Part shown: positions 30,499 to 40,147 of the stretch, in pieces
How positions within the stretch are numbered: position 1 is the stretch's first letter
How the letters are laid out: every line of letters begins with the position of its first letter
NCBI GenBank assembly: GCA_963713615.1
Contig: CAVQMM010000001.1
Coordinates: 1,568,001-1,632,000 of the forward strand
Direction of reading: 5' to 3'
Length of the DNA: 64,000 nt
Origin: an uncultured Chlamydiae bacterium
Lineage (GTDB): Bacteria > Chlamydiota > Chlamydiia > Chlamydiales > JAJFMA01
Made by a program: the position numbers and the translations under genes
Notes under the pieces: model-generated
Databases searched by the model: none
Seen by the model: only the letters and a program-made list of their open reading frames with translations
Told to the model about the DNA's origin: nothing

Positions 30499-32214
30499 CC
30501 TCATTTCCCGTGAAAATTGTAACTAGGTCTGGCCCGGCAACGCAATTTTTAGACCCTGTAAAATTTCCCTCTGTGGTTTTGTAACCTCGGTGAGGATATG
30601 GCCGTACTTACCAGAATACTTTATTTTAGTCAGTGTATCCATTTCTTGTAGAAGCTCCCGAACCGTGTATCGTTTAATAAGACCAGACTGTCTCATTTCT
30701 TTGCGCAGAGCGCTCATGTAAATAAGGGCAATGAATTGCACAAAAAGCCTGCCATCAACAGTTGCTGAACTATGCATGCGTAAGCGTTTCATATCCAACT
30801 GATTTTTCAGGTCATCAAAGCACTTTTCTACCACATCTTTGTCTCGGTAGATTTGCAAGGACTCCACCGGATCCTTAATACTATTGGTCAACAGCGCTTG
30901 GAATCCAGCATAGCGGTTGATGTACTGACTCACAGCTTGATCATTGTACGAGACTCGTATGCCTCGCTTGCGGGTGGTCTTTATCACAAAAAATGCGTCG
31001 TACGCATCTTGATGCGCGTTAATCAAATCTCCTGATTCCAGTTCCTTCTTATACCCAACCAATTCTTCAGTAAACTGATCGACGGCGGTGGCTCGTGCAT
31101 GAGCATTGTAGTAGAGGTGTAGATAGCAGCGACGCTTGTCATCCCCCCATGGGTACAGACGAGAGTGAACATATAGGATCTCATTATCAAGCTTTTGGTA
31201 TCCCTCAGGCCCATGGATCACCCCATAAATGTCATTTATAGCGAGTTGTACCCACTTGTTCTTCAGAGGGATTGATAGAGTAAATCTGTCCCTGGCAGCA
31301 AGCAGGTGATCAACATTTTTTTTGCTGTAGAACCCTTTGTCCATCACGTAGTGAAGTTTCTTTATCTCCAGAGCTTTGAAGGTCTTCAAGAGGTTGTGTA
31401 ATGTAGTCACATCGGTGATGTTGCCCGGAGTCCGTTCGAAATACACTGGCAAACGTCCCTTCTGGCCGAAGAGTATGGCAAGATTCAGCTGTGGTAACTT
31501 ATCCAGGTCGCGGTTGTGGCCGTATTTGATGTATTCATTGAGCTCAGAATATGAGGAAATAGAAGTGATGTCGTAACAGAGATAATCATCCTCTAACACT
31601 TTATTCATCCACTTGGTGAAAAAGGTTTGCTTCTTATCGATGCTAATGGCGCCAAGGATTTCGCTAATCCTCTGGCTGGTTAAGCACTCAACGGAAGGCA
31701 CATGGTTCTTGCACCATGTCCCGCAATAGCTCAGAGGCCCTCCTTGAATGGCAAGATAATAGGCCATTGCCTGAATCTGTTGGTACTCCTGAGGGAAGCA
31801 AGACCTCAACAACTGTTTCAGGCCTAACTGCTCGGTAATAGCATCGAGCACGATCGAAGGTCCCACAACTTCAGCAGATGCAGTGACCGCGGGATCTCGA
31901 ATGACTGCCTGTTCAGGTTTAAGACGCTTGGAGGGAATGAACTCTCCGGTGACTGGATCGAGCTTACCCACACACACTTGCTTATTACGAGACTGTTTTT
32001 TCTCTTTATCCCAGAATGAGGTGTATTCGTATACGTAGGTAACGCCGGTAGTCTTGTTTATATGGTTGACTCTGCATGGCATACACTATTTCCTTCCTTA
32101 AATCGTTACAATTGTAACGATGAAAAATGAAAAAATCCAGCATAAAATGTGCGCAACAGGCTTTTTTTTAGTGAATTACGACAGACCTAGTTACAATTTT
32201 CGCGGGAAATGAGG
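30499..32214 (-). mobile_element. IS1634-family element
   Basis: 33-bp IR CCTCATTTCCCG(T/C)GAAAATTGTAACTAGGTCTG; 6-bp TSD TACTAA. Confidence 0.93.
30523..32082 (-). CDS. IS1634 transposase
   Basis: YDITS, YGHNRD...LPQ, PGNITD, MDKGFYS, YRDKDVVEKCFDDLK. Confidence 0.92.
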   Translation of the reverse strand: MPCRVNHINKTTGVTYVYEYTSFWDKEKKQSRNKQVCVGKLDPVTGEFIPSKRLKPEQAVIRDPAVTASAEVVGPSIVLDAITEQLGLKQLLRSCFPQEYQQIQAMAYYLAIQGGPLSYCGTWCKNHVPSVECLTSQRISEILGAISIDKKQTFFTKWMNKVLEDDYLCYDITSISSYSELNEYIKYGHNRDLDKLPQLNLAILFGQKGRLPVYFERTPGNITDVTTLHNLLKTFKALEIKKLHYVMDKGFYSKKNVDHLLAARDRFTLSIPLKNKWVQLAINDIYGVIHGPEGYQKLDNEILYVHSRLYPWGDDKRRCYLHLYYNAHARATAVDQFTEELVGYKKELESGDLINAHQDAYDAFFVIKTTRKRGIRVSYNDQAVSQYINRYAGFQALLTNSIKDPVESLQIYRDKDVVEKCFDDLKNQLDMKRLRMHSSATVDGRLFVQFIALIYMSALRKEMRQSGLIKRYTVRELLQEMDTLTKIKYSGKYGHILTEVTKPQREILQGLKIALPGQT

Positions 32215-32336
32215 TACTAATGCAAGGATCTTCACCGCAAATGGCTCGTAGCACAGGGTGTTCTGTGAGTTGTTCAGGAGGGTGCTCAGTTAGTTGCTCA
32301 AATAGATGTTCAAACAGGTGTAAATAGCCAAGGTTT

Positions 32337-33860
32337 TTGATAATGAAGGAAGAAATATCGTGCTTGAGTCTACTTGACCGGGTAAGGTCTCTTGGTCCAT
32401 GCATGATTTTCTTCCTCCTATTAAGTAAGGGCTTTGGCAATATCTATCTTATGGCCTTGGGGGCCGCTATCCCTCTTGGTTACGGATTGGCTAATGCGAT
32501 AAAGTCTGCGTCTCATGTCCGGATTATTGGCCTCTCTTTTTGCGTCCTCATGTTGCTCATGCGGTGGCCTCTTGTTCATCTCTGGGGATATTGGGCCCTT
32601 GTAACAGCTTTATTAGGTTGGAGTAAACATAGTGCAGTTGCGGTGATCGGAAGTTTTGCAACACTCTGGCTTACTCAGGAAACGACGCTTGGCTCATGGA
32701 CTGTCATACCCTTCTTAAGTCTTGCAAGCTTTGTGGGTTTCTTTGCACTGTTGTGGTGTTTTCCACGTTCGGTGGCCCTCATCGTCGTTGGTGTTACTAT
32801 TCTGACCGGATATGAACTATATCAAATTGGTTTGACTCACCCTACCATCCAAATAGCTCAGGATTCCTCTACCGGAAAAGGGTATACTCCAGGCCCCACA
32901 CTAGCTTCAATTTTAAAAGCTAAGATTACCAAGCCCGGTATGGTTGAAGGAGATATAGGGGTCTCAAGCCTTGTCTTCGATACTGGTCCTTTCACCGCCT
33001 CTCATCAAATACTGATTGTGGAACATGACATATGCCCTGAAGAACTTAGTCATCTGATTCTACCATCGAATGCTCGCCAAAGTGAGCCCTGGTTTGAAAA
33101 CCAATTTCTGGGAAATCAATATCTACTTGAAGCCATAGCTCAAGATGGTTTTTTGGCAAGCAACCTTGGTGGCAGCTTAAAGCATACAGGTCAATTACTC
33201 CTTGCTTCGCTTGCTCATGAAAGCAATCAGTTAATCACACCTTTGGTTATTAAGAAGGGTAATAAAACATTGGTTCAAGACTCAGACCCCTTTGTCGACA
33301 GATTGGCTTGTAGACAGGAAAATGTCGTTAAAGAGATTGTCCGTGGACGTATCGAGCCTCGAGTGTTGAATCTCTCGCTACTTTTTACCGCATTTTTACC
33401 CCTCGCCTCCATCTATAATCTCATCAGGTGGTTACCAGTCATCATATTACTTCTAAACGGAGTTTGGATTCCTAAAGTAGGAGAGGTAAGGATCGTTGGA
33501 TCAATAGGATGGCCGCATGAGCCATCCAAGATCTCTGGATTAATCACCTCGCTAAATGATGCTGGTTTTAATTGGCGGCTGGGCACGTCGAAAACCAGGC
33601 TATTAGCTATCGGTGCGGGTAGATCTGCAACTCGGCAGGACGAGGAGTTGATAATTCTTGAACCAGGTGCGGTGGTAAAGATAGGTACTCATATCGTCCG
33701 AGCGGGAACCATACCGTTAGCTGTGGTGAATGGAATTTTGGATGCTCGAACTCTGGATGTTGATGGCGTAATAACGGCGACGGGCACCATCATTGATGGT
33801 GCCCTGGTTATCGCGACAGGAAGTCCCAGTAAATTAGAGTGGAAGGCACTTCTTAAATGA
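32337..33860 (+). CDS. Polytopic membrane protein with extracytoplasmic domains
   Basis: 507 aa; about 6 N-terminal TMs plus 2 internal; starts 10 bp after the Cys-peptide stop (start codon uncertain). Confidence 0.75.
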   Translation: MIMKEEISCLSLLDRVRSLGPCMIFFLLLSKGFGNIYLMALGAAIPLGYGLANAIKSASHVRIIGLSFCVLMLLMRWPLVHLWGYWALVTALLGWSKHSAVAVIGSFATLWLTQETTLGSWTVIPFLSLASFVGFFALLWCFPRSVALIVVGVTILTGYELYQIGLTHPTIQIAQDSSTGKGYTPGPTLASILKAKITKPGMVEGDIGVSSLVFDTGPFTASHQILIVEHDICPEELSHLILPSNARQSEPWFENQFLGNQYLLEAIAQDGFLASNLGGSLKHTGQLLLASLAHESNQLITPLVIKKGNKTLVQDSDPFVDRLACRQENVVKEIVRGRIEPRVLNLSLLFTAFLPLASIYNLIRWLPVIILLLNGVWIPKVGEVRIVGSIGWPHEPSKISGLITSLNDAGFNWRLGTSKTRLLAIGAGRSATRQDEELIILEPGAVVKIGTHIVRAGTIPLAVVNGILDARTLDVDGVITATGTIIDGALVIATGSPSKLEWKALLK

Positions 33861-35905
33861 ATATAGCTAGAACCCGAGGCTTTTCTGTGCGGATGATCGA
33901 AGCGGGCTTTATAATGATTAGCTGCATACTTTGCCAAGGCATGGGGCGCTATTCGGAAGCCATACTTATCTTTTCTTTGTTGACCTTAGTTTGTTTATTT
34001 CAGCCACGCCTCCGAGGGACCAGTTTTTTAGGTTTCATATCTGTTATCGGATTTGCGCTAATGACTGCTCTTGAGGGGAAATTATCAGCATTAATACCCG
34101 CGATCCTAGTCCTTGGTGCGAAACAGATTTTATTACCTGTATCCTCGGGCAATCCATATATTGCTTCCATCTGTGTGATAGGAGCCCTGTTATCGTACTT
34201 TTTGCCGGATCGAGACTGGTTGGCATGCCTGCTGAGTATCGCAGCCTGTACATTACCAACAATTAAAGCCAAAGAAGCAATCGATTCCAACAAAACCTTG
34301 ATTATATCGGGCTGTGCTGGCTGTATTATGGTTGCAGGGCTTCTCGCCTGTCATTTTACAGATAAATCAGTCAAAGTAGGTATTATAGAAGGGGGGCAGT
34401 GGGCCTCAACTCATGACCGTCTAGATTCTCTCAAAACCCTGGACCTGAGACAACTCTACGGCTACACGGAACTTTTAGAACTAGTTGAAGGGGATTCTTT
34501 ACAATTAGATAGCCCGATAGATTCTTATTCCGAACTATGGCTGATTATTCCAACTACCCCATTAACGGCAGAAAAAAAGGAACGGTTGCTAAAATGGGTG
34601 GAACGGGGCGGCCATCTTGTAATAGTAACAGATCATACCGACTTATTCGGTCATGCATCGGTCTTAAATGATTTGCTTGCAGAGACCTCTCTTCACATCG
34701 GCACAGATGCTCTCTTTCCGCAAGATCCTGCCGCGCACTCCCAAGTCACCCTGCACAGGGACATTCCACTGAAAACCGCCAATAGCGAATTTGGCTGGCT
34801 ACTATGGCCTACAATGACTGCTAGATGGATTTCGGAAGAAGTTGACTATTCATCCAAAAATTTCTTTGGTCCACAAGAAGCGACAGATAATGCATCATTT
34901 GGCCGGCATGTGATTAGTGGGGCAAAATCCTATGGAAGAGGCGTTATTACGTTGTTTGGTGATAGCACAGTCTTTGCCAATTTTGCCATTTATCAACCGG
35001 GTATCATCCCTTTTCTTGAACATCTCCGCTCACCGAAACTAATGGCACATGCATATCCCTGGATACTCCTATTTGTAGCGCTCGCTTTGGTTTGTCGACT
35101 CTGCTGGCGTCGAGATTTCCTTCTCGTAATAACCTCGGTTTTGGGGATATTAGTCATTGGAGACCTGCGGAGAGTTTCGACAAATTGGCCGGATTTCATC
35201 GTTTTTGGGGGTGAAAGCGAAAGGGTATCCGAGTGGGCAGAACCGAATACCAGCCTATCCACCGCATTCGCATTTATACCTCTATCCGGAAAGAAACCAC
35301 GCTGGTCAAATGAGCTATTATCCAAAAGCAAGGGTTGCTGGCTTTCGGCCAATGTACCACCACCATCGTCACAATGGATCTGGATTACTCCAGAAGCTGA
35401 AAACGATGAACACGTTGCTCTGCAAATGGACAGCGCTATAACAACCGCACTCGCACCACTGCTCACTGTTATAACCGAAGACAAACCACAAGCTTGGGAT
35501 ACTATCTCCTTGAAAGAGCAACCACTAAAAGTTGGCCATGTTGCAACCAATGATGCCATGGGCCAGTGGTGGTTAGACCATGGGATAAGCAATGCTAAGA
35601 AAGTCAGGATTCAAGGCTGGCTAAACCTTGTTGCAAATGGGAGTCCAAAACAAGGTACATCTTATGCATGGATCCGGGTTGGGGTTATACCACATGAATA
35701 TAAACTCCGACGAGCCGGCGAGGAGTGGCAGACGATTACTCTTCCTGAATTGTTGATAGATGGGACAGAAGGTGAGGTATATCTCGGACGTGGCGTGTCG
35801 GCAAAGGTAGTCAAAATGGAGGGCAATAAATTAGCGCTCCTAGGCACCTCCGCGCTAACCGAAGGTTGGCGCGTGGTAGACTCCTGGATTCTAATGCTGA
35901 ACTGA
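33857..35905 (+). CDS. Polytopic membrane protein with DUF4350/GATase-like domain
   Basis: 682 aa; N-terminal TMs; LLKWVERGGHLVIVTDHT and YGRGVITLFGDSTVFANF; ATGA overlap with the previous gene. Confidence 0.75.
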   Translation: MNIARTRGFSVRMIEAGFIMISCILCQGMGRYSEAILIFSLLTLVCLFQPRLRGTSFLGFISVIGFALMTALEGKLSALIPAILVLGAKQILLPVSSGNPYIASICVIGALLSYFLPDRDWLACLLSIAACTLPTIKAKEAIDSNKTLIISGCAGCIMVAGLLACHFTDKSVKVGIIEGGQWASTHDRLDSLKTLDLRQLYGYTELLELVEGDSLQLDSPIDSYSELWLIIPTTPLTAEKKERLLKWVERGGHLVIVTDHTDLFGHASVLNDLLAETSLHIGTDALFPQDPAAHSQVTLHRDIPLKTANSEFGWLLWPTMTARWISEEVDYSSKNFFGPQEATDNASFGRHVISGAKSYGRGVITLFGDSTVFANFAIYQPGIIPFLEHLRSPKLMAHAYPWILLFVALALVCRLCWRRDFLLVITSVLGILVIGDLRRVSTNWPDFIVFGGESERVSEWAEPNTSLSTAFAFIPLSGKKPRWSNELLSKSKGCWLSANVPPPSSQWIWITPEAENDEHVALQMDSAITTALAPLLTVITEDKPQAWDTISLKEQPLKVGHVATNDAMGQWWLDHGISNAKKVRIQGWLNLVANGSPKQGTSYAWIRVGVIPHEYKLRRAGEEWQTITLPELLIDGTEGEVYLGRGVSAKVVKMEGNKLALLGTSALTEGWRVVDSWILMLN

Positions 35906-36031
35906 AGGATTGATTTTTGGCATACACACCAAGCGTTCTAATCCTGCTGCGATGTCTAAGCGGAGAAATTTGCTGGCCCAAAACTCAAGACCACCAATAA
36001 CTCCAATTTTGGATCTTATACAGGACAATTG

Positions 36032-36964
36032 ATGACTATACCAGACTATCAAGAGTTGATGCTTCCTTTACTCGAACTTGTAGCCAAACGACCCAATCTA
36101 TCAAATCAAGATATGGTCGAAGAACTATGTAATCGCTTCAAGCTTACGGATGAAGAGATACGACGTCTACTCCCCTCTGGTACCCAGCGCGTGATTTTGA
36201 ATCGCATTGGATGGGCGAAGACATATCTTAAGCACGCTGGGCTAGTGAGCTCTCCAAGGAGAGGAACTATAATTCTTACAGAGCAAGGACATGAGACGCT
36301 TGCTTCCCAGCCCACACGCATTGATAGGAAATTTCTTCATCAATTCGACTCCTTCCGAGAGTTCATACGGCGTAGATCGGACGACCAAATCGCCTCGGCA
36401 ACAATGGATTATCGAGAGCCACTAGACATGGAATCTCATGAGACATTAGAAGAGTCGATGGGGCGTATCTATCAACGCTATAAAGATACCATCCTAGCGG
36501 ACCTTATGGAAAAAATCCAATCATGCTCCTTTACTTTCTTCGAGCAGCTAGTAGTCGATTTAATGCTTAAGCTGGGGTATGGGGGTGGCCACAAAGATGC
36601 AGGTTTCGCCTTAGGTAAAACCGGTGATGAAGGAATCGATGGAGTCATTAAAGAAGACCGTCTGGGCTTGGCATTAATCTACCTTCAAGCAAAACGTTGG
36701 AAAAGTTCTATCACGGTGGGACGACCGGAAATTCAAAAATTCGCTGGCGCCCTTTTGGGGAAAGCTGAAAAAGGGGTGTTTATCACAACATCAAGCTTTT
36801 CGGACGAAGCACGCCGGTTCGCGGAATCAACCTCCCATCTCAAGATTATCTTGATTGACGGAAAGTACCTATGTGAGCTGATGTGGGAGCGCGACCTTGG
36901 ATTGGAAGACGCTGGCGGCTATCGTTTCAAACGACTTAAATTGGACTACTTCTCAGAGATCTAA
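36032..36964 (+). CDS. mrr: Mrr restriction endonuclease (type IV)
   Basis: IPDYQELMLPLL, NRIGWAKTYL, FFEQLVVDL, GDEGIDG, IYLQAKRW, GVFITTSSF, LIDG. Confidence 0.95.
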   Translation: MTIPDYQELMLPLLELVAKRPNLSNQDMVEELCNRFKLTDEEIRRLLPSGTQRVILNRIGWAKTYLKHAGLVSSPRRGTIILTEQGHETLASQPTRIDRKFLHQFDSFREFIRRRSDDQIASATMDYREPLDMESHETLEESMGRIYQRYKDTILADLMEKIQSCSFTFFEQLVVDLMLKLGYGGGHKDAGFALGKTGDEGIDGVIKEDRLGLALIYLQAKRWKSSITVGRPEIQKFAGALLGKAEKGVFITTSSFSDEARRFAESTSHLKIILIDGKYLCELMWERDLGLEDAGGYRFKRLKLDYFSEI

Positions 36965-36990
36965 AGATATTAATGGCTAGTGGTCAGACG

Positions 36991-37133
36991 TAGAGTGTTG
37001 ATTTGAGGCTTTTTTGTGCCAATAGTTTCAGGGAAATCTTGTCCATCCTTCCAATACGATTCCTTCTCCATTTTAAAGGGACAAAATTTGACAATGCCCA
37101 TGGGTGATGAAAATGGCTTGAATCAACACCCTA
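36991..37133. mobile_element. 143-bp MITE inserted in a REP-like copy
   Basis: 13-bp IR TAG(A/G)GTGTTGATT; 9-bp TSD GGTCAGACG (36982-36990; 37134-37142). Confidence 0.75.
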
Positions 37134-37164
37134 GGTCAGACGTGACTCCAAGCAAAAACGATAA

Positions 37165-37959
37165 TCAGTAACACCCAAATCCCTGGCATTCACCACTTCT
37201 TTTCGCTTTTATAGCAAACGACTTTTGAGGTGAATTGCATAACGCTCTTGAATTCTGAAATTGAAAACCACCACCTTGAGGATTGACAAATTGAAATATT
37301 CCATTATTAATGATAAATTTGAATCCTTGATAAAACATATCTAATTCGGAAATTAATATTTTTTTGGGTTGCTCATTTACAGAAATCTTCACTAACGTTT
37401 TGACCTGCTCTCCTCTGGTCTTTATGGTAATGATTCCTCCTTCTGTAGTAGCATCCCAGCAGTCTGGATTTCCTCTCCATTCATTTTGTTTGATGCTTAG
37501 TAATTCTTCACCATTCTCATTAAAAAAATGGCCTGACAGTCTAAAAGGGCTATTTTCAAATTCAGGGGGGTCTATTCGCAGGAGGCTAAACTCCTCAATT
37601 AAAATAACATCTTTATAACCAAAAAACTCATTAGAACCTAAGAAGAGCCTTGGACAGTCCTCATTTAGGTATAATTGATTTTTGAACCCTTGTTTTTTGC
37701 AAAAAGGAGACTGATTTGCTATTTCTATTTTCTCTAACGGAAGAAATCCTCTTTCCTTTTCATCATGGTGACTGCCACACAGGAGAGTAATTCCTTCTGC
37801 GGAATGATGTCTGCAATCCATAAATGGCGGATTAAAATGTTCATATTGATAAATTCCTGATCCGCAAATGACACATCCGAACCCGCAGCGTTGGCGAACT
37901 TGTCTAGCGATTTTTTTAGGAATATTACGAGAAAGGTTAAATTCATTTTTATTAGACAT
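37165..37959 (-). CDS. HNH endonuclease-domain protein
   Basis: VRQRCGFGCVICG...YEH...GITLLCGSHH; beta-rich C-terminus. Confidence 0.8.
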   Translation of the reverse strand: MSNKNEFNLSRNIPKKIARQVRQRCGFGCVICGSGIYQYEHFNPPFMDCRHHSAEGITLLCGSHHDEKERGFLPLEKIEIANQSPFCKKQGFKNQLYLNEDCPRLFLGSNEFFGYKDVILIEEFSLLRIDPPEFENSPFRLSGHFFNENGEELLSIKQNEWRGNPDCWDATTEGGIITIKTRGEQVKTLVKISVNEQPKKILISELDMFYQGFKFIINNGIFQFVNPQGGGFQFQNSRALCNSPQKSFAIKAKRSGECQGFGCY

Positions 37960-38077
37960 ATCTTGCGCGAGCTTGTTTTTGAATTATTATTAAAATAATA
38001 GCATTATAGAATTTTAAATTCGCTACTAAAATCGCATAGACATGACTGATCTTCTTACAAGGCATTAGTAATTTCTC

Positions 38078-38584
38078 TTATTTTATCCACTTAAAGCCAA
38101 TAACGGATTCAGGCAGATTTAATGCCTTAGCAATTTTATAAAGTGTCGTACGACGCGGCATAGAACTAGATGTGAAAAATCGACTAAGAGAGGGCTGTGG
38201 AATACCGGTCTTTCGAGCCAGTTCGTTAATTCCACCCTGTCGATCAACTTCTGATCGTAGTCGCTCTTTAAATGCCATGACATCATTTTTAATATCCTTG
38301 AGATCGTTAAAAAGGAGATAGGGCCGCTCCTCTGTTTTTGAGGGAGCATCTACAATATCCTCAAGTGAATCTTGCAAATCAGCAATAATTCTGTCGCGCT
38401 CACCGGAATCCACTTCTTCAAACCACAGTTCCATCAAATCTCGAATTCCTTCGTAGCGCTGACAATATTCCATCAATAAACAAATAAATGCTCCCTCAAT
38501 ACCAATACGGCGCATTTCGTTGAGAATATCTAGAACGTGCAAATCAGCACTTGGATTATCTTCGTGGGTTTGTGCATGGCTCAT
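38078..38584 (-). CDS. XRE-HTH antitoxin-like protein
   Basis: C-terminal HTH INELARKTGIPQPSLSRF...TTLYKIAKAL; ATGA overlap with the upstream gene. Confidence 0.8.
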   Translation of the reverse strand: MSHAQTHEDNPSADLHVLDILNEMRRIGIEGAFICLLMEYCQRYEGIRDLMELWFEEVDSGERDRIIADLQDSLEDIVDAPSKTEERPYLLFNDLKDIKNDVMAFKERLRSEVDRQGGINELARKTGIPQPSLSRFFTSSSMPRRTTLYKIAKALNLPESVIGFKWIK

Positions 38585-38976
38585 GACAACCTACCTCGAA
38601 AAAAGAATCTTCCCTCTTTGATGAGTTGGATTTTTGTTTTAAATTTGAGCATCTCTCGCAGGTCGGTGCTCTTATTGTCTTTAACGTAGGCATTGCATAA
38701 ATATACAGTATCATCGGCAATAGCCACGAGCAACCGTAATTGGATTTGTCCTGGGCCCATATTATGCCATTTCATCTTGTATCCCTGACGAATGATCTTG
38801 CCACTTTTGTCCTTGCAAGGTCCCCAGAACTTATCGTTGCTAAATCTGAGATGCCCAGGATAATCTTTTAAGAGCTCTGCATCTGGACGGAGAACCTCTC
38901 TGTACTCTTCAGGTGAAAATACACCAACCAAGTCCAAAAAGGACTGCAGCGCCCATTCCGTGATTACGATCTCCAT
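38581..38976 (-). CDS. RelE/HigB-like toxin candidate
   Basis: MEIVITEWALQ...LRLL...VYLCNAYVK; toxin-first order with an HTH gene. Confidence 0.6.
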   Translation of the reverse strand: MEIVITEWALQSFLDLVGVFSPEEYREVLRPDAELLKDYPGHLRFSNDKFWGPCKDKSGKIIRQGYKMKWHNMGPGQIQLRLLVAIADDTVYLCNAYVKDNKSTDLREMLKFKTKIQLIKEGRFFFRGRLS

Positions 38977-39134
38977 CGTCCCATTCCCGCATATAACTTA
39001 TGATAACATAAGATAGCATATCATAGCAATACACTCCAGGAGATAATGAAGGCATTGTGAGGTCATGGCACACCTGTGGCACAGTGGCACACGTTTCATG
39101 TCATTTCTGGCCATCACTTCTCGGTTGATTTCAA

Positions 39135-39266
39135 TGCTAGGGGTCAGACGTGACTTATTGCTAGGGGTCAGACGTGACTTATTGACTTCTTGTCTGAAAT
39201 TCTGCTTTCTCACCAAAGTCTCTCGTGTGCTAAACAAGTCAATAAGCCACGTCTGATCCCTAGCAC
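39135..39266. mobile_element. Non-autonomous RAYT-end element (REPIN-like)
   Basis: Tandem 24-bp GCTAGGGGTCAGACGTGACTTATT x2, then the inverted copy AAGTCAATAAGCCACGTCTGATCCCTAGCAC; matches both ends of the 12887-14001 locus. Confidence 0.8.
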
Positions 39267-39515
39267 CACCCCTGCCGACTCTCACCTTGTGATGCTCTTT
39301 AAGCATTATGTTGTTCCGATATAACCAGCTGATTCTATGTCACATAAACGCGCATCTATTGAAATTATAATATACAAAATAATAGCATGACCTTCTATAA
39401 AATAATGAACAGGCCGTAACCAATCACCTCGCAATGACTACAAAAATTAATAGCACATGCAAGTTACGTATTAGTTTTCGGAGAGTAGGAAGAATAGCGT
39501 TCGTGCATCAGAAAT

Positions 39516-39872
39516 ATGTTAAGTGAGTTTAATATAGCCAGCTTATCGGCTAGAGAAAAGAAACGAGTTCTAGAGATGATTGACAGAGGAGATTCGCTTC
39601 CCGAAAGATATCGTCATCTACTATTTGAACAACCGCACAAAGCGGAATTGGTTTGGTCTGGAAAAACTCAAGAAACAACAAAGTTGTTCTACCATTCCAA
39701 ACAATTGAGCAAATTGATGAACCCCGCCTTGAGCCGTCTAAAGAGACCCCACTTGATTTTTTTCGCTGCAACACATCTACAGGAAGACAGTCGGCTGGTT
39801 GGACCAATAAATTAATTTGGGGAGACAATCGGTTAGTTCTTTCATCTCTAAAGAACGGTCCCTTACGGAAGC
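39516..39872 (+). pseudogene. N-terminal fragment of a type III Mod-like DNA methyltransferase (frameshifted, truncated)
   Basis: LPERYRHLLF..ELVWSGK / VLPFQTIEQIDEPR..GWTNKLIWGDNRLVLSSLKNGPLR. Confidence 0.7.
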
Positions 39873-39875
39873 AAA

Positions 39876-40082
39876 CAGCGTATTAGCAATGCGTTTAGAG
39901 GCGATGATGGGTCTTGCCTACAGACTTTGTGCCGGTACGAATCCACTCTTGAGCGAAACTTTTACAAAGCAATTCATGAACTTCAGCGTCTTCAGGCAAT
40001 GCGTATGGGTATTGCTGTAGCTACCCCTACGGCAATAGATATTAACCTCAACCGCTCTGATGAGATTGGCTTCGTTTCGTAA
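39876..40082 (+). pseudogene. C-terminal fragment of a phage/satellite-type hypothetical protein
   Basis: Startless frame CLQTLCRYESTLERNFYKAIHELQRLQAMR...IDIN. Confidence 0.4.
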
Positions 40083-40147
40083 TTTTATTAAATCACACCA
40101 AGAGCTCTTTGGAGACACGAAATTTTCCGGTTCAGCAAAGTAGCAGT

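Larger units (their letters stand above)
30333..32327 (+). pseudogene. 90-aa signal-peptide / (CSxx)6 Cys-repeat peptide gene split by IS1634 (30333-30498 + 32221-32327)
   Basis: Excising the IS and one TSD joins ...LLASIL to MQGSSPQMARSTGCSVSCSGGCSVSCSNRCSNRCK-stop in frame; purine-rich RBS (GAGGAGAAGGA) upstream. Confidence 0.85.
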
